Shown here piece by piece: positions 19,820 through 28,474 of a DNA stretch of 64,000 nucleotides (its first letter is position 1; every line of letters begins with the position of its first letter). A program made the translations under genes and the position numbers. This DNA is from Candidatus Heimdallarchaeota archaeon. GTDB lineage: Archaea > Asgardarchaeota > Heimdallarchaeia > Hodarchaeales > Hodarchaeaceae. The stretch spans positions 1,570,100 through 1,634,099 of the forward strand of contig CP070695.1 in NCBI GenBank assembly GCA_020353515.1. The letters are read 5' to 3'. The notes beneath the pieces were generated by a model, which saw only the letters and a list, made by a program, of their open reading frames with translations, did no database searches and was not told the origin of the DNA.

Positions 19820-21280
19820 TTAGCGTCTTTTACGTAAAAGAACAACCACACCGAGAATGCTTAGGACAGCTAGGAGGCCAATCGCGGGAGTACCAGCACC
19901 ATCAGGTGCCTCACTTGATTCAGTAGTTTCACTAGTTTCTTCTGCGAGTAGAGCTTCTGCAGCTATTTGGGCCCAGTCCAGTTTGGATAAAGCCAGCGCG
20001 AGTTTTTGTTTGGCAAGATCGGGGTTGTGGAACCCACCACTTGGATCATCTGCTACAAATTCTGCTAAGGCCTCAGCTTCCTCGATTAAAGCATCGATAT
20101 GGGCGATCTCGTCCTTATCAACACCTGAAACAGCTCTAGCTTCATCTGCTTTAGCTTTGACAGCCGTCAATTTAGTGTCGAATGAAGATAGTAGATCAGC
20201 GACCTCTGTTTGGACATCTTCCAAGTAATCAGTTCTATCTGACACATCAGGCATGGTAGTCTGATTAAAGTAAAAGTCCCAGTGACATCGAGCGCAGGCA
20301 TCGGGAACAGAGATTGCAAAACTGTGATTTAGTGAGAAGCTAGCATTTTGCCAACTTGTTCCAAATCTACCAGCTCGCTCTCCTGCAGGTGTAAAGTAGT
20401 AACCATGACAATCTGTACAATCTGTACTGTTGGTAATCGTTGTTGGGGTGGTAGTGTCGGTAATCATTTCATAAGGTGTTCCGTGACATTCTCCACATAA
20501 TTCTGGGATACTGTCTCCTCTTAAATTGGCTTTATTGTCCTTGTATGTTACTGTTTTTGATACAGCGTGAGGATCGTGGCATGTAAAGCACTGAATGTTG
20601 AAAAGTGAACTGTCATTCACAGGAGTCTCTGAAAGATCTGTGTAAAGTCCTTGTCCTGCCATACAGTGTAGACAACGGCTTGCTGCATGATCACTAGCAA
20701 GTAGATCGTCAAGTGATTCTGCGTGAGCACTCGCAGCCATGTCTGTAAAGGTAACACCTGCTGGCATATGACATGTCATACCACATGGGTCATTAGCTGG
20801 AAAGAATGGAGGATAACCTGTTGGCCATTTTGTTCCAGGAGTCTTATGACATTCTGCACAAGCTACTCCGAAGTCCCAAACGGTTCCGTTTCCGGACGGG
20901 ATGACGGAGGTATCGTTTTCCCATCTTGTTACATGACAGCAACCTTCTGAATCGTTTAAGATATAATCATACGAATAGTAGTCGCCGTTCCAATGTACCA
21001 AATGGGTTTCATTGTACGGAGTCAATAGCCGAGAGTGGAGGGTCTCGTTCCAACCAAGATATTCTTCTTCATGGCATTCCATACAATCCTCAGGATGCCA
21101 TGGGTCTGAGATACCGCTATGGTCGTACTTGTTGAATGTGTATTTTGGATTCAAAACACCAGCTCCTAAACCAGCTGCCGCAGCGGTTCCGACGAACACA
21201 ATTGCAAACCAGTAAAGTAGTACAACTCTACGACCGTTCCACTTGCTCTGGCGTATTAACACTTCTTTTTCTTCAGTCAT
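19820..21280 (-). CDS. Surface-anchored multiheme cytochrome c with an NrfA/c552-like C-terminal helical domain
   Basis: Six CxxCH plus CGMTCH, GCCH and CLHCM; DDPSGGFHNP; S/T/E linker, TM, RKRR tail; ATG 21280 preferred over 21337. Confidence 0.9.
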   Translation of the reverse strand: MTEEKEVLIRQSKWNGRRVVLLYWFAIVFVGTAAAAGLGAGVLNPKYTFNKYDHSGISDPWHPEDCMECHEEEYLGWNETLHSRLLTPYNETHLVHWNGDYYSYDYILNDSEGCCHVTRWENDTSVIPSGNGTVWDFGVACAECHKTPGTKWPTGYPPFFPANDPCGMTCHMPAGVTFTDMAASAHAESLDDLLASDHAASRCLHCMAGQGLYTDLSETPVNDSSLFNIQCFTCHDPHAVSKTVTYKDNKANLRGDSIPELCGECHGTPYEMITDTTTPTTITNSTDCTDCHGYYFTPAGERAGRFGTSWQNASFSLNHSFAISVPDACARCHWDFYFNQTTMPDVSDRTDYLEDVQTEVADLLSSFDTKLTAVKAKADEARAVSGVDKDEIAHIDALIEEAEALAEFVADDPSGGFHNPDLAKQKLALALSKLDWAQIAAEALLAEETSETTESSEAPDGAGTPAIGLLAVLSILGVVVLLRKRR

Positions 21281-21728
21281 TATTATACCGCCATAACAAA
21301 TATTCTTTGTAGTTACATCAAGTAACTGGTTTCTCATCAGGGTTTGTTGTTATTCTATTCCCATAGAACTTCTTCTGTTTGAAATTTCGATCAAGAGTTA
21401 GAATGATCACTGAAATTCCAAGTCTTGTAATTCTTGGCTTCCATCAATAAGAACGTTTTCTAAGGTTTTAATAATCAAGTATCATTGATGTAAGCTAGTA
21501 ACTTCGATGTAATCATCTATGAACTCAATTTCATAGAAGATACATCAGAAAAATCTAAGTATAACTTTTATAGTTTTCGTTATTAAAAAATTTTAAAACT
21601 TGTAAAACTGTAATAATTTGTAACTTAGGATGAGCTCTCCCATTGGCAATCAATTTCCTTAAATCAATGATTATCAAGATTACAGATCGCAAAGCTGTTT
21701 AATGATTGAAAAGTAGTGCGAATTACTT

Positions 21729-22322
21729 TTATTCCTGCTTAACGCCCTTTTTATGGGAAATGAAGAATAAAATACTTGTAATATTAAATACTAACAAAAC
21801 AACTACCCAATCAAATCCTGATGTTGATTCGGATTTAGTTGTTTGCTGTGTTGTTGTGACTTCTGTAATTGTTGTTTGAAAGGAAGGAACAGTAAAAATA
21901 AATTTAGCTGAAGCCCAATTTCCATTACTATCTTCTGAGTAAACTAATAGAACATGTAAACCAGTTTGATTTGGGATTATGACATCATAAGGAAAATCTA
22001 GTGTTACATTCGTCTGGTCCTTTTCCCAATGGTATAGGACTTGGTTTACACTGCTGTCTGCATCAATAACATTTAGATCGATAACAGTCCCTTCAGTTAC
22101 GCTAGAATTATTGAGAGGAGAAATAAGCGTTACTGAAGGAGGGGTTACATCAATATGACCACAACATTCCTCCTCTTGATTAATATCCTTGAATTTCGAA
22201 TTTAAATCATGATCAATATGATATAGAGGAGTAATTACTTTAGCTGCAAATGTACCTCCGATATAAGCCGAAATAGTAATTATGCCAATTAGTAATAATG
22301 AACGACTTAGTTTTTGATTCAA
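21729..22322 (-). CDS. Surface Ig-like protein with CCGH motif and C-terminal sorting signal
   Basis: Signal TM, FKDINQEEECCGHIDVTPP, one Ig-like repeat, T-rich linker, SGF-TM-basic tail. Confidence 0.8.
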   Translation of the reverse strand: MNQKLSRSLLLIGIITISAYIGGTFAAKVITPLYHIDHDLNSKFKDINQEEECCGHIDVTPPSVTLISPLNNSSVTEGTVIDLNVIDADSSVNQVLYHWEKDQTNVTLDFPYDVIIPNQTGLHVLLVYSEDSNGNWASAKFIFTVPSFQTTITEVTTTQQTTKSESTSGFDWVVVLLVFNITSILFFISHKKGVKQE

Positions 22323-22422
22323 CTAACAATCTCCTCTGCTTCGAATAGTCTACCATTGCATTTACGAGTCTAACAGAAGGTTAAGACAAATATACAATAT
22401 AGTGTCTCTGTCTTTTTCTATA

Positions 22423-23340
22423 CTAAACTCCACGCCTTCTTTTTCTCCAAGAAATTAGCGTCAATGAACTGAAAAGTGCCAAGATAACTGGTAATACTAG
22501 AAAACCTGAAGACCGTCGGGGTTGAACATAAGACGTTTCAGACGGTGCTGGTGGTTCACTAACAGCACTTGGATCACTTGTTACAGTGTAATGGAATTTA
22601 GCCGAAGTCCAATTACCTGCACCATTTTCTACATTAATATAAAGCACATGTTCCCCAATTTCATCAGGTAGAACCACATCATAAGGAGAGGAAAGGGTTG
22701 AATTACTTTGATCGTCATCCCAGCGGTAAAGGGCTTGATTTATACCACTTTCCTCATCAATGATGATTAGATCAATATTCGTCCCTCCTAGCATAACGGA
22801 GTTATTTCTTGGGGAATTAGCTTTAATAAATGGAGGAGGAATACCAACAGTAATATGAAAATTGACTGAATCCTCATTTCGTTCGCTATCTCTCGCAAAA
22901 ACATAGAGAATGTGAAGTCCTTTTTCATCAGGTAAAATCACATTATAAGGGAAGTCTAGCTCTGTATCAACTTCATTATCCCAATGGTATCGGACTATAG
23001 TTGGTAAGAAATCATCCATGGGATTATCATCAGTAATACTTAGATCGATCGTTGTTCCCCCAAGATTGACGGAATGATTGTAAAAATGGTTCCAAGCTCT
23101 GGTTGAATTGAGTGTTATTTTAGGAGGAGTCACATCAGTATGCCCACAACACGCATCTTGATTTATATCCCTAAAGCCTACTTCTGTAACATTATGAGGA
23201 AGAACGATTTTCTCATTTTTTGTCATCTCTGAACTAAACCCAGAAATAGAAGTCATATTAAATAAGAAACTTCCGCCTACAAAAGCAGAAATACTTACAA
23301 TGATTAATAAGAGTATTGTACGAACAAATTTTCTACTCAA
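22423..23340 (-). CDS. Surface Ig-like protein with CCGH motif (paralog, two Ig repeats)
   Basis: FRDINQDACCGHTDVTPP, two Ig-like repeats, SGF-TM-RKRRR tail. Confidence 0.8.
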   Translation of the reverse strand: MSRKFVRTILLLIIVSISAFVGGSFLFNMTSISGFSSEMTKNEKIVLPHNVTEVGFRDINQDACCGHTDVTPPKITLNSTRAWNHFYNHSVNLGGTTIDLSITDDNPMDDFLPTIVRYHWDNEVDTELDFPYNVILPDEKGLHILYVFARDSERNEDSVNFHITVGIPPPFIKANSPRNNSVMLGGTNIDLIIIDEESGINQALYRWDDDQSNSTLSSPYDVVLPDEIGEHVLYINVENGAGNWTSAKFHYTVTSDPSAVSEPPAPSETSYVQPRRSSGFLVLPVILALFSSLTLISWRKRRRGV

Positions 23341-23424
23341 TTTTACGTCTCCTCATATTTGGTATTGATCCAATTCATTTTTTCACGTTTCTGAAACGAT
23401 TTTAAAACAGAGCTTTACTTTTTG

Positions 23425-23437
23425 GTAAGTAGCTTAC
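23425..23437. promoter_or_regulatory. GTAAG-TAG-CTTAC palindrome in the divergent promoter of the cyoE-3 operon
   Basis: Perfect arms, flanked by extra TTACTT half-sites (23415-23450). Confidence 0.4.
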
Positions 23438-23591
23438 TTTCTGCTTACTTGATTATTCTTATCTTAGGAAATATTCATAATCTATAAATTATAGAAAATT
23501 AGACAAACTCTATAAAATTTACACATGAAACACATATTATTCTGACTGTTTCTCTCATCATGACTTCAGTAAATGGTCTTCTGAAGATTCG

Positions 23592-24389
23592 ATGTGTAAG
23601 AATAGGAATGTAGAGAAAATGAGTAAAATAATCAGTAAACTGAAAGAATTTCCAAGAACAATAGCAATTCTCTATATATTAATTGGTGCTGCAGCTGCTA
23701 TAGGGATTGTTAGTGGAATTGGAAGTACCTGTACCACCTTTTTTCCCATATGGTGGGAACTCGGAAGCCCTGAAGAGGGGTACCCATTCGCAATCATAGG
23801 GGACACTCAAATAGCTTTCATCCTCGCCTACATAGTGACTTGGCTTGTAGCTTTAGTCTGGGGAGCGCTATTCTGGGCACTTGGTGTGAAAAAAACATGG
23901 TTCTACAAGGTGGCCATTATTACAAGTGCTGCGGGATTCTTGAGTGGATTTATTCCAGTAGCGATTTTGTTTTACGAGTGGTATATGAGTTTCGGACTTA
24001 ATGGGATGTTATTTACACCCTCCTGGTTCCGAACAATCATTAATTTAGTTATATTAGTCATGCTTCTAATTCCTGTTGTTAAACGAGGTATTACAGGTTA
24101 TATAGAAGAAACAGGTGTTTCTGCTGGCGGCAGTGTTGGATCACAAGTTACTCAATTTTCTTTGGTGTTATTCGGTTTCAGTGTAGTAATGATGGTTCAA
24201 CCTCTCATTATGCCCACGCACATCATTGGTGGAGTAAATGTTGGTTCTTCTATGAGTTACCTCCTAGCCTCAGGCACACTCCAATTCTTTTTTGGATTTA
24301 CTTGTATTTTCCTAGGGGTGGTCATACTTATAGCAGGACAGGTGCTAAATATCATCTATTCCTCAAAACCAACACCTTTGAGAGCTTAG
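23592..24389 (+). CDS. Uncharacterised membrane protein, probably related to 3934..4764
   Basis: About 6 TM; shares a W-x3-A(I/L)-x8-G(F/Y)-x0/1-P pattern. Confidence 0.75.
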   Translation: MCKNRNVEKMSKIISKLKEFPRTIAILYILIGAAAAIGIVSGIGSTCTTFFPIWWELGSPEEGYPFAIIGDTQIAFILAYIVTWLVALVWGALFWALGVKKTWFYKVAIITSAAGFLSGFIPVAILFYEWYMSFGLNGMLFTPSWFRTIINLVILVMLLIPVVKRGITGYIEETGVSAGGSVGSQVTQFSLVLFGFSVVMMVQPLIMPTHIIGGVNVGSSMSYLLASGTLQFFFGFTCIFLGVVILIAGQVLNIIYSSKPTPLRA

Positions 24390-24414
24390 GCCAACGCAAA
24401 AGAATGATTACATA

Positions 24415-26031
24415 TTGAGCAGGAAATCATTGAGGTTACAATCTATGAACACTATAGAAAAAGAAGAAGGAATTCTCCCTTGGTTCAAATATAAAATTCA
24501 TTATGGTCTAACCTTTAAAGGAATGATAACTTTCACAATCGTGTGGGAGTTCTGTATTATTCTCTTTTTATCAACCTTTTCTGAACCAATAAAGCTTGTA
24601 CTTGGGCAACCATTGTTTCCCATAACGTTAGATCCCGACCCTATCGAGAAAGCTGGCCGTCTTATTATGGTTTATCACGGAATCGCGGTTCCATTCATAG
24701 CAACCTGTGCTTATTTTGTATTGGAATACATGGATGTACGAGAGAAGTTTAAATCCCGCGTAAAATATCCACTATTTTTTGGGAGTATTTTAGCTTCTGC
24801 AAATGCACTATTATTCGCTTATGTTTTCCCAGAAGGCTGGATTTTACACGGATTGTACTTAGTGGGATTATCTCTTTGTTTTTATGGTGGAGTCATGCTT
24901 CTTATCGGTGTTTTTCCAACGAAGAGTTTTCCAGAACGAGGCCCAGAAAACAGCCGTAATGTTCTTGTTGGACAACTTGCATTAACACTGCTTGCTATTT
25001 GTATTTTGATTAGTGTTATACTTGGAGCAGCAGTTGGCGCCTTTTTTGGCCAATCTGGTTTGACAGTAATGCTGGCAGAGTATTTCCTTAGGCATGATCT
25101 CTATCCGTATTTTGTTGAAGAGCTTTTCATAGACGCCATTAAAGCTCATTTACATGTTATGCTGGCATTAATTGATGTCATAATCCTACTAGTTGTCTAT
25201 CGATATACTGTTCCTGACCAAAAGGGAAAGTGGTATCTTATTTCTATGATCCTTGCTATTCCAGGAATGCTCATTCTTTCATTGGGAGCTTGGTTTGTAA
25301 CACTTAACTCCATAGTCACTTGGCCCTTTGATATGCATTATCTCATTTATGCTGGTGCAGCGATTCTCGTAACTGTTGGCATAATATTGGCGTTTACGGG
25401 TTGGAATAAAGCAAGTAAAGAAGTTCTTGGCGATTCTTATGACTCTGCGTCCTGGTTTACTCGTGTTAAAGCTGTTTTCAAAGTTCCTGTGAAATTCGCC
25501 TTATATTTCCAATTTATCTGGGTGAATATCGTAATGACTATTGGAGGTATATTCCTTGCCCTTAGTCTTCGAGGTGAAACTGATCCTGAGGGTGCTTCTC
25601 CACTCACAAATGTGTTAGGTCTGGTTTCATTTCGAGATGGTCCTCTAGCAATTGAAACTACAGTCGCTCGTGGTCATTGGCACGTTCTAGCTACATTATC
25701 GGCAATTATTTTACTTCTCCTAGTTATAGATGTACTAGATATTCAAGGTATTTGGCGTAAGGTAATAGCTTGGCTGTTATTTGCTGGAAGTGTTATTGCA
25801 TTTGGATTGGCAACAATTTTTTTGTATTTCCCACATTTAGACCAAACATGGGCGACAAATTTGACTAAATATGTAGACGTACAGGAATTCTGGAATGAAA
25901 CAGCATTTTGGTTACCGCTTGTCATTGACTTTGGAATCATGCTATTCGTCGTAGCAATTACAATATTCTGTTTCCATCAGCTCATTGAGATTCTCAAAGG
26001 AAGAAAAGATGTTAAAGAATTCCCAGAATAA
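24415..26031 (+). CDS. 12-TM His-rich membrane protein, putative divergent heme-copper oxidase subunit I-like fold
   Basis: His in TM2 (VYHG), HxH in TM6 (AHLH) and TM10 (GHWH); directly upstream of cyoE-3; probable start ATG 24445. Confidence 0.55.
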   Translation: MSRKSLRLQSMNTIEKEEGILPWFKYKIHYGLTFKGMITFTIVWEFCIILFLSTFSEPIKLVLGQPLFPITLDPDPIEKAGRLIMVYHGIAVPFIATCAYFVLEYMDVREKFKSRVKYPLFFGSILASANALLFAYVFPEGWILHGLYLVGLSLCFYGGVMLLIGVFPTKSFPERGPENSRNVLVGQLALTLLAICILISVILGAAVGAFFGQSGLTVMLAEYFLRHDLYPYFVEELFIDAIKAHLHVMLALIDVIILLVVYRYTVPDQKGKWYLISMILAIPGMLILSLGAWFVTLNSIVTWPFDMHYLIYAGAAILVTVGIILAFTGWNKASKEVLGDSYDSASWFTRVKAVFKVPVKFALYFQFIWVNIVMTIGGIFLALSLRGETDPEGASPLTNVLGLVSFRDGPLAIETTVARGHWHVLATLSAIILLLLVIDVLDIQGIWRKVIAWLLFAGSVIAFGLATIFLYFPHLDQTWATNLTKYVDVQEFWNETAFWLPLVIDFGIMLFVVAITIFCFHQLIEILKGRKDVKEFPE

Positions 26032-26058
26032 TTGACTTAACTCTGTAAGCTTTGAATC

Positions 26059-27024
26059 GTGGAATGGCTAAAGATTATGAAAGAAGTGGAAATTTCCCTC
26101 CAACCACAGGAATATGAAAGCGTGACGTCCTATACATATCCCCCTCTCTCTTTTTCAACCTATAGTGAACTAATTAAAAGTAAACAAACCTTTCTCCTTC
26201 TCTATACTTCAGTTTTTGCTTATCTGATCAGCGCCTGGGGAACAGGAATCTTCCTATTTCATTTTATTTGGTTCACTATAGGTCTCTTCTTCGCAATTAC
26301 AGGGTCAACCCTTCTGAATATGTATATCGATCGTGATATTGATGCGCTCATGGACAGAACAAAAGATCGTCCATTACCAAGCCGAAGAATTCCCCCTTCA
26401 ACTGTTTTAAAGCATGGTGCTCTTTTCACAGTAGCAGGTATTTTAGCAGTAGGAATATTCACCAACCTAGTTACAATGTTTGTTGTCTTCTTGGGTTTCT
26501 TTTTTGATGTCGTGGTTTACTCGCTGTTGTTAAAGCGACGTACAAGATTGTCAATTATTTTTGGAGGCGTTGCAGGAGGACTCCCAGCCATCGCTGGTCG
26601 GGCAGCAGTTATAGGGTATGTTGACATCGCTAGTATTTTGATGGGGGCATTTGTGTTATGCTGGATCCCGTTACATATCCTCACACTTGCTCTTATTCCT
26701 AAAAATTTAGAAGGATATAAGAATGCTAATGTACCAATGTGGCCTGTTGTCAGTAGTCCAACCCAGACAATATATATTGTGACCTTATCAGCAATTTTTA
26801 GTGCCTTGACTGTTGTTCTAACTGGAATAGTATTACAAATTAATATACTCGCACTCCTTCCATTATTTCTTTTTTGTGCATTTATTCTCTTTCAAGCATT
26901 CGTAAATCTTAGAGAACCCTCTCATGAGAGAACATTTCAGATTTTTAAGCTTGCCTCAATTTTCATGGCTTTCGCGTTCCTTTGGTTGTTCGTGGGAGTA
27001 ATTATAACTTCATTTCTTCCTTGA
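26059..27024 (+). CDS. cyoE: Protoheme IX farnesyltransferase (heme o synthase), paralog 3
   Basis: NMYIDRDIDALMDRTKDRPLPS, LKRRT, WIPLH; close to paralog 2. Confidence 0.92.
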   Translation: MEWLKIMKEVEISLQPQEYESVTSYTYPPLSFSTYSELIKSKQTFLLLYTSVFAYLISAWGTGIFLFHFIWFTIGLFFAITGSTLLNMYIDRDIDALMDRTKDRPLPSRRIPPSTVLKHGALFTVAGILAVGIFTNLVTMFVVFLGFFFDVVVYSLLLKRRTRLSIIFGGVAGGLPAIAGRAAVIGYVDIASILMGAFVLCWIPLHILTLALIPKNLEGYKNANVPMWPVVSSPTQTIYIVTLSAIFSALTVVLTGIVLQINILALLPLFLFCAFILFQAFVNLREPSHERTFQIFKLASIFMAFAFLWLFVGVIITSFLP

Positions 27025-27078
27025 AAAACATTCGACATAATAGTTTCAAAATGGAAAATAAATTTCAGTAAATGATGA

Positions 27079-28302
27079 TTGATGACTAATAATGACAATC
27101 TAGATTCCCAAAGTGACCCAGAACCATTATCACAAATCATTATTCTGGGTATCTTGGTACTAGTGACCATATTAGCACCAGCGCTCTTACACACAAATCA
27201 ATACGAATTTTTAATCGAGCGATTCGAATTAAATCTGTTAAAAGCTTCGTATTTTGACACAGCCCTTTATACTTCCTATTTGATTGCTGGTATTCTAACT
27301 GCAATAATAGCAAATCAAATTGGTAAACGAAAGATATTCATCTTACTGGGGAGTTCGGGATCTTCAGTATTTTATCTTGCGATGACTACAACCTTGAACT
27401 TTCCCTTACTACTGATTTTTCGTTTTCTACAGGGGAGTTTTACAGTATTATGTTGGCAAATACTGATGACTATAGTGTTAGATTTGTCAACAGCCCAGAA
27501 TCGGGGAAGAAACTTGGGAATTTTTGGGATGTTTCTAGCATTGGCAATGGGAAGTGGTCCTGTCCTAGGAGGGATACTTGCAGGTTTAGGAGTTCTTGTA
27601 CCATATTATGCAGCATCATTATTGAGCTTTTTTGTCTTTTTATTAGCATTGGTATTCCTTAAAGAACCACGACAACTAATACCTAAACCATCATTCTTAA
27701 AAAATGTAGGAATTGTCTTTAGAAAGCCTCGCTTGATTATTCCAGCCATCTTTAACTTTGTTGATCGATTCCACATTGGTTTCATATTGTTTATACTACC
27801 ACTCTTTTTACCCATTGTCTTACAAGTTGAACCTGAGCTCCGAGGTATGGTTCTAGGTCTTTTTGCTCTTCCTTTCATTATTTTACAGTATCCTGTGGGG
27901 AAGTGGTCTGACAAGATCGGCCGTTATAAACCTTTAATCATTGGAAGTATTACTGTAGGAGTCATGCTAACGATAATGGGTTACTTAGGATCCTTTGGCT
28001 TATTTGCCGTAATTATCGGTTTTATCATCTTGGGTATAGGTAACGGGTTTACTGGACCAACTGCAATGGCTCTCGTTGGAGATACAGTTGAAGCGGATGA
28101 TAATGCAGTTGGAATGGGTTTCTTTAACTTGTTAGGAAACATTGGAATCGTAATGGGCCCATTTATCGGAGGTTTTTTAGCGTATTCAGAAACACAGACT
28201 GCCTTTGTGACCGCATTCGTAGTAGCAGGATTAATTGAATTTATTTCTCTCACTGGAGTCATTCTTTTAATTTTGTTCGTTTTTAAAAGAAATAAAGGAT
28301 AA
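27079..28302 (+). CDS. MFS transporter
   Basis: About 12 TM; GKWSDKIGR motif A; RFLQG. Confidence 0.9.
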   Translation: MMTNNDNLDSQSDPEPLSQIIILGILVLVTILAPALLHTNQYEFLIERFELNLLKASYFDTALYTSYLIAGILTAIIANQIGKRKIFILLGSSGSSVFYLAMTTTLNFPLLLIFRFLQGSFTVLCWQILMTIVLDLSTAQNRGRNLGIFGMFLALAMGSGPVLGGILAGLGVLVPYYAASLLSFFVFLLALVFLKEPRQLIPKPSFLKNVGIVFRKPRLIIPAIFNFVDRFHIGFILFILPLFLPIVLQVEPELRGMVLGLFALPFIILQYPVGKWSDKIGRYKPLIIGSITVGVMLTIMGYLGSFGLFAVIIGFIILGIGNGFTGPTAMALVGDTVEADDNAVGMGFFNLLGNIGIVMGPFIGGFLAYSETQTAFVTAFVVAGLIEFISLTGVILLILFVFKRNKG

Positions 28303-28474
28303 ATTCCTGATTTTTTACGAACTCGGGTGAAGATCCGAAAATATATCTAACAATGTTATCTGTAGTGAAAATTTATAAAGAGAATTTACGATTATCTTAT
28401 TAAATAATTTAAATAATTGAAAAAATGTGTAATCTCAAAAAATCTCTGTGAACTTGTAAGATAAGATTTAGAAA

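Noticed and set aside
19820-21280. Calling the cytochrome nrfA
   Set aside because: No CXXCK motif, the heme count differs, and there is no nrfH/nrfD partner; only the C-terminal domain is similar.
24415-26031. Calling the 538-aa protein a bona fide coxA or norB
   Set aside because: It lacks the HPxVY and HH metal ligands and partner subunits, so it is kept only as a fold-level hypothesis.
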